A stretch of 63,685 bases of DNA, filler included, from Octopus bimaculoides (taxonomy: Eukaryota), in the NCBI RefSeq assembly GCF_001194135.2. It is 6 parts of 4 records of this genome, joined end to end, with 100 filler letters (N's around TTAATTAATTAA, not from the genome) between each part and the next. Parts side by side here need not be neighbours in the genome. Positions count along the whole stretch, not along the records: positions 1 to 9,353 come from NC_068984.1; positions 9,454 to 19,154 come from NC_068986.1; 4 more parts are not named here. One strand, 5' to 3'. Numbering within the stretch: position 1 is the first letter of the stretch; each line of letters opens with the position of its first letter. The position numbers and the translations under genes were made by a program. The notes under the pieces were generated by a model that saw nothing but the letters and a program-made list of their open reading frames with translations, did no database searches and was not told the origin of the DNA. Of the stretch, positions 1 to 12,370 are shown piece by piece.

Positions 1-50
<50 letters not shown>
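1..50. repeat. (AT)n microsatellite
   Basis: Pure AT dinucleotide run. Confidence 0.98.
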
Positions 51-54
<4 letters not shown>

Positions 55-1174
55 GCAAGAAAATGAGATGACAAATGAATAGACGATTATCTTATGAACT
101 TCATTAGCTTACAGCTGTTTCTTCTATGAGATGCAGTGGACACATAGTTGAGTGACTGAGTGACATCTTATAGCTTTATTGGAGTCTCGAATATGAAGTG
201 CAATACATACATATTCGTGTGTTTGTGTGTGGTAGATGGGTCCTGTGGGGAGTGGGAGAGAAAGAGAAAAAGATGGAGGTCTTATGTGAATATAAGGAAT
301 ATTTATTAGTGTGGTATGTTGGGGTTTAGGTTGTACCTGAGAACAATAATGCATTATAAATCACAACTGAGAAGATTGCACGCGTGTGAGAGATATAGTG
401 TGTGAGATACAGTGTGTTTGCATGTGTTTAGGTGCATGAATATAGCATAATAGTGTGTGTGTGTCTGCAAAAGAGGTTAGGTGTGTGTGTACATAAATTA
501 GGTGTCGAAGAGCACAGAGGATATATACTTGTGATGGGTTGTTAAGGGTGGCAGTTTTCCTAAACAATACAAGGAGACTGTTGTTAATCTCAGTTGAGAA
601 GATTATATTATGATTAGATATTAACTATTGTTTATGCTGTAAGTTGGAGACCGATGATCCATGGAATAAAATAGCAACAGAGATAGTGAAACATAATTAA
701 GGTGGTCATGATAGCTGGTAGATGAGCTACAAGTCACGGTGATCTCATGTTGTTACATTGAACACTTAAAAATTGCTTTCATAAACAATATGTCAGTCAC
801 AGACTTCTTTTCCAGTATACAATAAGCTACAACGCTGGGGTTTTCTAAATGTTTAACTGACATAAAATACAATAGTACTGCAAATTGATAAAACTGGACG
901 GAGATTCACCTTCTAGAGCAATGGTTCTCAACTGAGCTACGTATGGCCCTAGAGGGTCTATATAATACTTTGTGGGGTCCACGCAACAGAATAGTAAATT
1001 GAGGATCCACAATATTGTTTTAAGAGCCCCTGAAAAAAATTTACTTCAGATATATGTAATTGTATGTATTGCAAGAAACAGCTAGGTTTCTTTCTCTAAC
1101 ATTTTACATAGTTCAAACTACACAAGTTAATGTGGAGAAAAACCAAACAGGAATTTTGAAAGAAGTTTCTATAA

Positions 1175-2084
1175 AACTAATTTTGGATCTTTCTGATTTG
1201 GCGGGCACCATTTTTTATTTATGTCTTATTTAGTGTGTTTTCTACCGAAACACTTTAAAACTTCGTATACTTGTATATTTTGTCTTATAGAACAGAGACA
1301 AATTTTTATATTCGAAGTTATTTCATGTTAAAAGTTGTCGTATTTCGGTAATTTCAGCCAATCACTGACGTCTATTGAGGTGAAAACAATTACTGCTATG
1401 GATTGTCAACAAAACGTTGTGCGGTGTAATGGGATCTTTACCCATGAATAAAATTAGTGCCGTTGTTTGTCAACAACAGTTATCGGCGGTACTGTTATTT
1501 ATGACATCGTTCGTGCGTTTGTACTGGTTTTAGGGTTAGGGTTCGGGTACGGGTTTTAGAGTTAAGGTTAAGGTTAGGGTTTTAGGGTTAGGGTTAGGGT
1601 TATGAGTATTTTTGCCAAATTTGGTGAAAATCTGTTCAATACACCGCCACAAAATTTTCACCAAATTTGGCAAAAATACTCATAACCCTAACTTTAAAAC
1701 CCGAACCCTAACCCTAAAACCCTAAAGCTAAAACCGGCACGAACGCATGAACGATGTCATAAATAATAGTACCGCCGATAGTTGTTGTTGACAAACAACG
1801 GCACTAATTTTATTCAAGGGAAAAGATCCCATTACACCGCACAACGTTTTGTTGACTATTCCCAGCAGTAATTGTTTTCACCTCAATAGACGTCAGTGAT
1901 TGGTTGAAATTACCGAAATACGACAATTTTAACACGAAACAACTTTAAAAAGATAACATTTTCTCAATAACACTAAGAGTAAATGATGTTTTATATGACA
2001 CATTCTACCAGTGTCCCAAGTTTGAAAGTGTTTCATTAAGAAAACAAGTGGCGCCCGCCAAGTCAGAAGAAAGATCCCTAGTTT
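1175..2084. mobile_element. Foldback (palindromic) non-autonomous DNA element nested in the Charlie MITE; superfamily uncertain, possibly Kolobok-like
   Basis: Inner arms ~1315-1631 and 1654-1946 are reverse complements (~90% by eye) around a 22-nt spacer. Outer arms ~1175-1293 and ~1990-2084 are more diverged inverted repeats (GGATCTTT..CTGA[C/T]TTGGCGGGC, GAAACACTTT). Flanks ATAA/TTAA are only TTAA-like. Confidence 0.75.
1530..1725. repeat. Interstitial telomere-like tracts: TTAGGG x6 (1530-1599) facing CCCTAA x4 (1686-1725)
   Basis: Perfect TTAGGG at 1530, 1536, 1574, 1582, 1588, 1594; CCCTAA at 1686, 1706, 1712, 1720; both inside the foldback arms. Confidence 0.9.
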
Positions 2085-2639
2085 TTAAATATCAAATGGT
2101 TATGGGGGTCCACCAGAATAAAATAGTAATTAAAAAGGTCCATAAGCAAAAAATGTTTGAGAACTCCGTTCTAGAGGGTCGATACAAGAACATCAATTCA
2201 CCTCGTGCTGTAATTTCCTTCAATTTTCCTAGCTGTATCTCTACATACATGCATTTCATTGTCTATGTTGTCACTTCATACCATGGATCTCCTATATCCT
2301 GCTTGCACCATAAACAACAGTTAATTTATCACCATGTGTGTTGTGCTACATTCTAGCTGTCATGTTGTTTTTAAACTGTTTTATATTATCACAAAACAAT
2401 AAAATTATATAGTTGACTCTCAAAAATTTGAACTTGGAATATAGAGAGAAGTAAACAAATTTTGCAAAAATATATAATCTTGATGCCTGAGGAAATGTAA
2501 TATTTTCAGTATTATTTGAAACGTAAATTTGAGCTTTTGATACTTTTGCCATTTTTTAATGTTACTGTTTTTGTTTTGCCTTCGCCATTGTGTTCCAAGT
2601 GTTTCATGTGTACGATTTGTTATTAAATAAAACTATTCA

Positions 2640-2670
2640 AACTAATTATATAACTATATATATATACTCA

Positions 2671-2720
<50 letters not shown>

Positions 2721-2873
2721 CACACACATAGATATATATATATATGTATATATGTATGTATATATGTACGTATGTATATATATTTGTGTGTGTAGGTTTA
2801 TGTGTATAAATATATGTATATGAATATATATATAATATGTGTGTGTATATATACATATATATAGAGATAGATG

Positions 2874-2904
<31 letters not shown>

Positions 2905-3770
2905 TACATATGCACACACAATGTATCTTTACACATGCAAGCATATATTCAACTACACAGACACACTTGTATGCATAGGTGCACACAGTGTGTATATATT
3001 TAAGTGTGTGCATATGTGTTGTGTATACATGCTGTGTATGTGTTTGCTTTTATTTTGTAATAACTACAAAATATTAAATTGTGGTGCAGCGCCAATAATG
3101 TATGCCAGCAGAGAATGGATTTGAATTTTTTTTTTCTAAATATAGAACAGTTGGTAAGGAAAGATTTCCCTGAGCTGAGGTCAATGCTGTTCTGACCAGC
3201 CGACGCTTATCAGCAAGATGATTTAGACTTTAGACTGGCCATAAATGTTTACATATAAACATACATACATACATGCATACTTATATATGTGTGTGTGCAC
3301 AAATTTATAATTTTATTTCTATCTAAGTCTATGTGTCTATATCGATATGTATATATATTTATTTGTATGTCCAAGTTTATATTTATATAGATATCTATAT
3401 ACATCTGTATCTATATAAGTATATATCTATCTATCTATTTGTCTATACACACACACACACACATATATGTATATATATATACATACCGCACACAAACACA
3501 CACATATATATTTATATATACATATAAATAGATGCATACAATAAATATATATGTATACATACATATATATATTTGTACATATATATGTTTGTAAACATGA
3601 ATTGATATAAATTGATGCATACTTACATACATACACATACATACATACATACATACACATATATATATTTATATGTATATGTATATATAAATATATATAT
3701 ATATATATTTATATAATATATATATATATTATATATATATATTATATATATTTATTTATTTATTTATTTA
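2640..3770. repeat. Compound (AT)/(AC)/(ATAC)/(TTTA) microsatellite region
   Basis: Low-complexity dinucleotide and tetranucleotide runs. Confidence 0.9.
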
Positions 3771-3774
3771 TTTA

Positions 3775-3820
3775 TGGGTTTCAGCCAAGTGGCTGTGGTC
3801 ATGCTGGAGCACCACCGTGA
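3775..3820 (-). mobile_element. 3' tail fragment of SINE family B
   Basis: Reverse complement matches the GGTGGTGC.CCAGCATG.CC.CAG..ACTGAAAC tail of the copy at 33018-33395. Confidence 0.6.
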
Positions 3821-3891
3821 TTTTCTGTCTTTATGCTTTGCTCTCTTCACGTTCCTTGCATGGCTCTTCTTCTGCACCTGATATAGTCCAA

Positions 3892-4128
3892 TTAAGAGTT
3901 TTGATGGCACATCTGGTGTATAAGAGAATTTGACATCGCTGCCCTAAACTGTGTCTCATTTCGAGCCATTGGTTCGTCTGGTATCATGGAGAGGACAGCG
4001 TCGAGTTTTGTCTTGAAGACCTCCACATCCGTGTCTTGCAGGTCTCTCAAATGTTTTGGCAGGGCATTGAAGAGCTGAGGTCCTCTGAAACCGAGGCTGC
4101 TGCAGTATCTTGTTCTTATGTGAGATGC
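3892..4128 (-). pseudogene. C-terminus of CR1/L2-group LINE ORF2 (RT), truncated by assembly gap 4129-5118
   Basis: Translation ..YCSSLGFRGPQLFNALPKHLRD..VFKTKLDAVLSMIPDEP..RAAMSNSLIHQ resembles the post-RT C-terminal motif (GPxLFNxLP..FKxxLD..PDEP) of CR1-like LINEs. Confidence 0.75.
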
Positions 4129-5715
4129 NNNNNNNNNNNNNNNNNNNNNNNNNNNNNNNNNNNNNNNNNNNNNNNNNNNNNNNNNNNNNNNNNNNNNNNN
4201 NNNNNNNNNNNNNNNNNNNNNNNNNNNNNNNNNNNNNNNNNNNNNNNNNNNNNNNNNNNNNNNNNNNNNNNNNNNNNNNNNNNNNNNNNNNNNNNNNNNN
4301 NNNNNNNNNNNNNNNNNNNNNNNNNNNNNNNNNNNNNNNNNNNNNNNNNNNNNNNNNNNNNNNNNNNNNNNNNNNNNNNNNNNNNNNNNNNNNNNNNNNN
4401 NNNNNNNNNNNNNNNNNNNNNNNNNNNNNNNNNNNNNNNNNNNNNNNNNNNNNNNNNNNNNNNNNNNNNNNNNNNNNNNNNNNNNNNNNNNNNNNNNNNN
4501 NNNNNNNNNNNNNNNNNNNNNNNNNNNNNNNNNNNNNNNNNNNNNNNNNNNNNNNNNNNNNNNNNNNNNNNNNNNNNNNNNNNNNNNNNNNNNNNNNNNN
4601 NNNNNNNNNNNNNNNNNNNNNNNNNNNNNNNNNNNNNNNNNNNNNNNNNNNNNNNNNNNNNNNNNNNNNNNNNNNNNNNNNNNNNNNNNNNNNNNNNNNN
4701 NNNNNNNNNNNNNNNNNNNNNNNNNNNNNNNNNNNNNNNNNNNNNNNNNNNNNNNNNNNNNNNNNNNNNNNNNNNNNNNNNNNNNNNNNNNNNNNNNNNN
4801 NNNNNNNNNNNNNNNNNNNNNNNNNNNNNNNNNNNNNNNNNNNNNNNNNNNNNNNNNNNNNNNNNNNNNNNNNNNNNNNNNNNNNNNNNNNNNNNNNNNN
4901 NNNNNNNNNNNNNNNNNNNNNNNNNNNNNNNNNNNNNNNNNNNNNNNNNNNNNNNNNNNNNNNNNNNNNNNNNNNNNNNNNNNNNNNNNNNNNNNNNNNN
5001 NNNNNNNNNNNNNNNNNNNNNNNNNNNNNNNNNNNNNNNNNNNNNNNNNNNNNNNNNNNNNNNNNNNNNNNNNNNNNNNNNNNNNNNNNNNNNNNNNNNN
5101 NNNNNNNNNNNNNNNNNNTATATATATATATATATGCATATATATTTATATATATTGAGAATAATAGTGTTTTCCACAATGATACAGCTGGCAGGAGAGC
5201 TCAGCTACAGCAGAAAACATAACGGAAGTTAATAGTCAATATGAAAAAGAGCAGTGTTTTAAACAGTGGTTTAGTACTGTGTTGGTGGTAGTTGTTGCAG
5301 TGGTAGGAAGGAAGTCCCAGTAGTGGTAGTCATGGCGCTAGTATAGATGGTGAATTTTAATGGTAGTTGGAGAATTTGTAAGGGATGTAGGTGTAATTAA
5401 TGTTGTGGTTGCTGTCGCTACCAGTTTGTGACAGGGTGACCCTGTTGGATCCATGTTATGATCAAAATTATTCTGATGACCATCCAGCCTATGTCATGTT
5501 TGCATGTGTCCCTAGTTTTTTTGGTCATCCAATGAGATCTTTTTGAAGATGGTAAGGTGTAATCTTTGAGAGATTTAATTGCTATATCTAGCAGCTAGAA
5601 TAGCTATGTAGAGGATTCTCTTGCTTGTAGTGCTCTGAAAGTGTGGTTTTATTTTGAACGAAGTCAGTATTGGCACAAGTGAACTACAGCATTGGAAAGG
5701 GCATGGGTTAAGAGA

Positions 5716-5834
5716 TAGAGGGGGAGAGAGAAAGAGAGAACACAGATGATAGAGACAGACAGACAGACAGACAAGCACAGAGAGAGAGAGAGACAGAGAG
5801 ACAGAGAGAGACAGACAGAGAGACAAACAATTAC

Positions 5835-5895
<61 letters not shown>

Positions 5896-6023
5896 AACAA
5901 CTACAGAGAGACAGAAAGAGAGAGAGAGAGAGATGGTACAGACAAACAGAGAAACAGACAAAGCAAGACAGAGAGACCGAAAGAGAGAAAAAGAGACAGG
6001 CAGAGACAGAAACAGAGAAAAAC

Positions 6024-6054
<31 letters not shown>

Positions 6055-6330
6055 GAGAAGGGTTTTAAAAAGAAAGACTGGAGAGGAAGTGAGAACGAAT
6101 GCAATAAATAAGTAAGTAAATAAATAAATTAATTAATGAATTAATAAAGAAAGAAAGAAAGACAGAAAGAAGGCAGATAACAGAAAGAAAATGGTAAGAG
6201 AAATGCGAATGAAAGATGCAATGACAGAAAGAAGGAAAGAAAGAAGGGAGGAAAAGAAAGAAAGAAAGAAAGACAAAGTAAAAAAAGAAACAGTAAAAAA
6301 GAAAGAAAGAAAGAGGTAATTTACTACAGA
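5716..6330. repeat. (AG)/(AGAC)/(AAAG) purine-rich microsatellite
   Basis: Homopurine-biased simple repeats. Confidence 0.92.
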
Positions 6331-6432
6331 ACAAATCCAGAGTGTTGTGTTGCTACAAAACTTTCTTTTTGGACCCTTCTCTTGCACTTTGTCTCACCTC
6401 CATCGTCAAAATTGCAACACATACACATATAC

Positions 6433-6504
<72 letters not shown>

Positions 6505-6602
6505 GACCAAAGAACATACATGTATGGATACATACACACACATGGACATAGACAGGCTTGTACACATTTTGACCTCTATTGCTTCATCCAATAATATAGA
6601 CG

Positions 6603-6644
<42 letters not shown>

Positions 6645-6915
6645 CCAAATCATAAACATACAAATACATACAGATACAGATACATACACATATACACTTC
6701 TTCAGTTTCGAACCTTCCCATACACGTATAGAGGCATACATCCAGAATTCAATAATTTCATACCATCCCACCATACACATACATACATACATCCTGTAGT
6801 TTTATTCAAGCACGTAGATATATACATATACATACATCTAAACATACATAAACAGACATATACATACACACTCACATATATAAACAAATAAATAGATATA
6901 TATCTATAAATATAA

Positions 6916-6963
<48 letters not shown>

Positions 6964-7166
6964 TCCTGTTGTCTCACAAAATCTTATAAGCATGCGCATA
7001 CATAAAAACACATAAATAAGCAGAGGCACACATATTCATACTCAGATTTAGATATATATACACACATCCAGACTAGTTTTACCCCCACCACATACACATA
7101 CCTGCACACCCAGACTTTTGTAGTTCGATCCTGTTTACACGCACGCACGCACGCATGCACACACAT

Positions 7167-7205
<39 letters not shown>

Positions 7206-7311
7206 TATTTGTACATATATGCACAAACACTGCCCTTGTCTGCAGCCATCATCTCCAATGAGCTAAACCAACCCCATCTGAACATCCGTCTGCCCCTCCC
7301 TATCTCTCACT

Positions 7312-7348
<37 letters not shown>

Positions 7349-7525
7349 TTAGGTTATCCAGACTCTCTGTAGAATCAGATAGAATCTCGGACAATTAATG
7401 ATTTCTGCTGGTTTATATACAAACACGAACTCATATTTTCACACACATTCCTACACACATACATATACCGATATATATAATATACATATACTCATATATA
7501 TAATATACATATACTCATATATATA

Positions 7526-7567
<42 letters not shown>

Positions 7568-7570
7568 GTG

Positions 7571-7605
<35 letters not shown>

Positions 7606-7693
7606 NNNNNNNNNNNNNNNNNNNNNNNNNNNNNNNNNNNNNNNNNNNNNNNNNNNNNNNNNNNNNNNNNNNNNNNNNNNNNTCATATATATA

Positions 7694-7735
<42 letters not shown>

Positions 7736-7750
7736 GTGTGTGTACATATA

Positions 7751-7794
<44 letters not shown>

Positions 7795-8198
7795 AGGATG
7801 TTAAACAATGATGATGATGATGGTATATATATATATATATATATATGTATAGATATATATACATAATATATTTATGTATAAGTATTGTGTTGTTGGTGTT
7901 GTTTAGCCAAAGGCCAGCCCCGATCGAGCAGACTTTATAAGTATTTATCTTTTTTGTGTATGTCTGCACATTTTTTATGTATATTTCTGTGTTTATGTGT
8001 TTGTGTAGGAGTAAGAGAGTGTACGAGTGTTTGAGTGTGTGGGAGGTATATCTGTGTACGTTGTATACATACATATATCCATTTAACAACACTTTTTATC
8101 ACTTATCACTCTCATAGAAGTGTACATCTGAGTATGTCTATATGTATACATGTGTATATATATATATATGTGTGTGTGTATGTATATATATATGTGTG

Positions 8199-8236
<38 letters not shown>

Positions 8237-9310
8237 GTGTGTGTGTGTTTAGTATGTTTGAATATACATATGTTATGGTTTGTATCTTCATAATGAATGC
8301 ATAGTAATACACGTATACACATGTATATGTATAGCTTGTATAGGCCTGTTGTTAACTGCTACAAGGGTAAAAGAGAAACACCCCAGGAAGAAGTGATTAC
8401 AGAAGTCTGAAACTGATGGACTGTGTTATAAAAATGTTGTAGTGCAACTGACTGGAGAGAAAAAGGTTAGCTTAGATAAGTTTCAGTGTTAGTGATTGGA
8501 CAGAGCATCAGTTATGCTCTCTAGTGAGGCAATTACATGAAAATCACATAGTAAAGAGCAAATCACTATGCCTAACAATGACTGACTTATAGATGGTCTT
8601 TGACAGAGTCCCACTCTGCAGATTTTTGGTAATCACTAAGAAATCTAGTTAAGAAACATGTAGTTCATGAGCTTGAATGTTGTAATTAAATTGGACATTA
8701 ACCTTTAGCACACTGTCGGTGCATCATGACACTGTATGAGTTTTCTCCCTGTAGTAACAGGGCGGTGGCTGAGGAAACAATTCCAGAGAAAATGCAATGT
8801 GCTAAACGTTAACAACAAGCTAGGAGAGGGATGTGGTATGAAGTTGGATAACTATTAGGGCTTGGTTCTCAATATTCTCTGGTTTATTGCATATATTTTG
8901 GGGTCTTAACAGATAAATTTAAGACTGACCAGCTTAGAGATTATCTGACCTAAGTTTCAATGCTGAAACTTTTGTAGTAATTCTCAGTAAGAGATTACAG
9001 AGGGAAACGTTCTGTGGAGGAAGGCTGATTTAGTCCGCATTGCTCAACTCATGTGAAGTACACAGGGTAAAGAGCACCATGCTTGATACCCTGAAATACC
9101 TGCTGAAGACCAAAGAGTTTTCAACATCACAAATGCATAGTCATCATCAGAAGAGTTTGCAATGTCATTGACTAGCATCTACAGTTTCTGTAAAGGGCAA
9201 AGTACTTTTAGCATTTATTTCACCTTTTAAAGAATTGGAGAAATTCCATAGCAGTAAAGCCAAGATGTGAAAGGTCTCAAAGCAAACTACATATACATAC
9301 ATACATATAC

Positions 9311-9353
<43 letters not shown>

Positions 9354-9453
9354 NNNNNNNNNNNNNNNNNNNNNNNNNNNNNNNNNNNNNNNNNNNNTTA
9401 ATTAATTAANNNNNNNNNNNNNNNNNNNNNNNNNNNNNNNNNNNNNNNNNNNN
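9354..9453. other. Assembly join spacer: 44 N + TTAATTAATTAA + 44 N; also at 19155-19254, 35476-35575, 49766-49865, 61952-62051
   Basis: Five identical 100-nt constructs; the 12-mer places stop codons in all six frames. Confidence 0.95.
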
Positions 9454-9522
<69 letters not shown>

Positions 9523-9525
9523 AAC

Positions 9526-9578
<53 letters not shown>

Positions 9579-9594
9579 CAATAATAATAATAAT
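9454..9594. repeat. (AAC)n-(AAT)n microsatellite
   Basis: Direct reading. Confidence 0.97.
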
Positions 9595-9711
9595 ATGCTG
9601 GATTATAGATATAGAGAAAGCAAAAAAATGCTTGATCATAGATATAGAGAAAGCAAACGATGCTGAATCATAGATATAGAGAAGGCAAACGATGCTGGAT
9701 CATAGATATAG
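9595..9711 (+). repeat. 32-bp tandem repeat (~3.6 copies) at the 5' junction of the Dong fragment
   Basis: Unit ATGCTGGATCATAGATATAGAGAAAGCAAACG starts at 9595, 9628, 9660, 9692. Confidence 0.92.
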
Positions 9712-10048
9712 CATGCCCAGCTGACAACAAGGTGTGCGATAAGGAAGAAAGAAAAGTCAATAGATATAACAGGTTAGCTTGAGAGGTTAAGCAGTTGTGG
9801 TTGCTGAAAAAGCTGGTAGTAGTACAAATAAATATCGGAGCTCTGGGAACAGTGAGTAAAAATCAGGAGAAGTACATGGAACAAATTAGGAACTGCCAAA
9901 AGGGTGGAGCACTTGCAGAAAACAGCACTGCTTGGAAACCCTCGAATACTCCGGATGGTGCCGAAAAATAAGGGGTGTTGCCTTAGTTCACTGGTAGAGA
10001 ACACCTGACACCTTAGTACATCTCCAGCGTTAGAAGCTGTGCAAAGGC
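9595..10048 (+). mobile_element. 5'-truncated R4/Dong-clade non-LTR retrotransposon (RLE domain + 3' UTR) inserted in (AAT)n
   Basis: From 9693: CWIIDIACPADNKVCDKEERKVNRYNRLA*EVKQLW..IGALG, then after a frameshift LQKTALLGNPRILR. These are PD-(D/E)xK-type RLE C-terminal motifs. (AAT)n on both sides fits the known TAA-repeat targeting of Dong. Confidence 0.85.
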
Positions 10049-10108
<60 letters not shown>

Positions 10109-12370
10109 CGCTTCTTTATTGTCCACCCTCAACTTCCGTTCCAAGTTGAACTTGAAAAATCTGATGGTGGCTTCGCTAAAGAAGCAAGCGTCTGTCTTAA
10201 GCGCTTTCAGTATTGTCTATCATACAACGTCTTTTGCCCAAGCTACTCGACAATTAAACACTGCCTGTACTTCTCAGTCAAAATAAGGTGGCAGGGCGAA
10301 CTTCACAATAATAATGTTTCACAAGGCCAGCAGTTCTTTAGTAGAAGTGTGTTAGTCAATTATATTGACCTCTGGACTACTTGACTTGACTTTTTTATCG
10401 ATCCCTAATCGATGAAAACAATTTTTAACGATTCTGATTGTCCCACCCCTGTTGAGGTGAACATAGCTACTAGTCTGAAGGTGCTTCTCTTGCTGCTGCT
10501 CACATCTAGAACCCCCATCTTATCTTCTGGGTCTCAGATGGTAGTCTGTATCCTGGATCCGAAACAACGGGCACTTCACCTCCTAATCCTGGTCAATTTA
10601 GAAATGTATCCGCCTGGTATCTACCGAAAATAGGAGTGCAGGCCTGTGGCTCGGAAATCGTAGTCTTGTTGATGGGCGCTACATCTATATCTAGTGATCT
10701 GCGGTCGTTGAGGAGGTGGTCCTGCTTCCATGGTGACTCAGACCACATGCATTGAACTACCTATTCTAATTAAGAATACTAGTCAAAAGGAGAAGGATGA
10801 AAATGGCCCACTTTCTTTAGTCCTGTGGAGAGAAAGGTGTCCCGTCCCTGTTAATGATTATGGATGTTTCCACAAGCAGTTCTTTATGCATTTCTTGTTT
10901 ATAGTTTCCCTGAAGTCTCCTAAACCTTTGTGGTGTTTCTTAAAATATTGTATGAGTCGAATTAATTTGAATCATTTTTATGTGTATTGAAATGCTACTA
11001 GTTAATGTAATGTAGTTTTTTATGTGGTATTTGCATGTTAGTGTATGTGATCCATTCTTTATTACATGTGTTTATGACCGCGTAGATCACGATTTGCATT
11101 GTTTTTTGTTAGTGTTGGGTGTGTGCTCTGACTATTGTGTGTGTGAATTAATTGTGCTTTCACTTGTAATGGTGATGTTTGTGATCGCGGCGGAATGGGG
11201 TTGAATATGTAGATAGTACTGGTGTGGCCGCTGTGGGTGTGGTTTTGGTGCATAATTACTCAAAGGTATCTCACTCATTTTTTATGTATTTTTGTTTCTT
11301 TTTATTTCCTTGCATTAGCAACATTTTACCATTTAGGATCCTCACCGTCACCTTCGACACACGACATGTCTGTGTGGTGAGAGTCAGGGAGGAGTCTGTT
11401 TCCAGAATGGTTTCTTCGGCTGGCATATTTGTTGTTATTTTAGCATTTTTATTGCCGTTGTTGCTGTTGTCTCTGATGTGATAGCCTTTGATGGCGTTGT
11501 ATCGTTTCTTGTTTTTGTTGCTTTTACTTCCATTATTTGTGCTGTTGCTGTAATTGCTACTTCCAGTCTTGTAGCTGATGCTGCAGTTACTGTGCCTGTG
11601 GTTGTATGCTATTGTTCCTGTTGTTGATGTTGTTTGTATTGTGGCTACCGCTGCTGGTTGTTTCTGTTGTGGTTGGCAGCAGTGAAGGCCTTCTTTTAGC
11701 TACTATTTTCTCTTGTTGTTGAAGGAAGAAAGACTTTAAGAGATTGGTGTTTCCACAGTGGTAGCATGTAGGTTTTCTACTTCCGACTACCACCTGCAGT
11801 TACTGCCCTCCTGAGAATTCTATGAAGTCGGGGATTTTGTTCAGTCTTTCAGGTTTCATGTAAATTAGATTCTTCTATCCCCTTCCAGCTTAATTTTCTT
11901 TTCGAAGTCTTTTATTTTTTGCAGCATGCTATGGACTTCTAAAACCATCTTTCACCACCCTCCAAAAGTCTTGTTCTTATCGTATGTTTGAAATTATTAC
12001 TCGAATCATTCTACACCCTAGGTAAATCGGATCAGTGTAAAGTATTCACTTCTTTGTGGGACGGTAGAGTGCTTCTGGGCTACAGTTTCCGAGTGGAAAA
12101 TAACTCGGATATATCCGAACTTGCGGCATACTCCTCAAAATAAATGTCTGATCAAATGTTTCTAAAACAGAATTCAGCTTTTTCTGAAGATATAAGCTCT
12201 AATTTGTGTCTTTCGTTTACAAGCACCTATATAGAATTGTTTTACTCTGGTTTAAAATGTGATGTAATATATTGAGAATAAACTTTTTCAGTTCTTGCGG
12301 ATATATTTCTCTGCCTTTTCTAAATTTCCCACGCTTTTAGTGTAAAGAAATCGAAAGCGTTGGTGACCTT
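10109..12370 (-). mobile_element. Decayed L1-Tx1-like LINE with internal deletion of most of ORF2
   Basis: Minus strand order: ORF1 relic (PIYLGCRMIRV; IPDFIEFSGGQ*LQVVVGSRKPTCYHCG, a degenerate zinc knuckle), APE start ~10775-10425 (IRIGS-NACGL..WKQDHLLNDRRSLDIDVA..FRLVAMF), then directly an ORF2 C-terminus-like stretch ~10330-10110 (VAWAKDVV**TILKALKTD..FFKFNLERKLRV). No RT domain in between. Confidence 0.7.

Larger units (their letters stand above)
919..2168. mobile_element. hAT-Charlie-type non-autonomous element (MITE) with nested insertion
   Basis: Identical 8-bp TSD TTCTAGAG at 911-918 and 2169-2176, matching the NTCTAGAN target of Charlie elements. Termini CAATGGTTCTCAAC / GTTTGAGAACTCCG. 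Subterminal GGGGTCCAC motifs near both ends. Confidence 0.85.

Noticed and set aside
1530-1725. Ancestral telomere-telomere fusion site
   Set aside because: Tracts are short and embedded symmetrically in a transposon palindrome inside a TSD-flanked MITE.
2590-3660. Numerous YI/HT/CV/RE/LS-repeat ORFs throughout the window
   Set aside because: Translations of stop-free di- and tetranucleotide microsatellites.
3892-5232. Long ORFs of 200-430 aa in the track (also ~22.0-22.8, 23.2-24.0, 31.1-32.0, 39.6-40.9 kb)
   Set aside because: Length comes from N runs translated as X; only 3892-4128 has real (LINE) coding signal.
5474-5500. Other CTGANGA occurrences (e.g. ~5474, 9100, 9144, 27376, 51487, 57150, 58410) as hammerheads
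   Set aside because: No stem II plus GAAA plus NUH plus stem I arrangement could be built.
7470-7760. Direct duplications flanking N gaps (also 43338-43440)
   Set aside because: The same microsatellite-edge sequence appears on both sides of small gaps; most likely unmerged contig overlap.
9398-9409. Recurrent TTAATTAATTAA (five times)
   Set aside because: Always centred between two 44-N runs; an assembly spacer with stops in all six frames, not biology.
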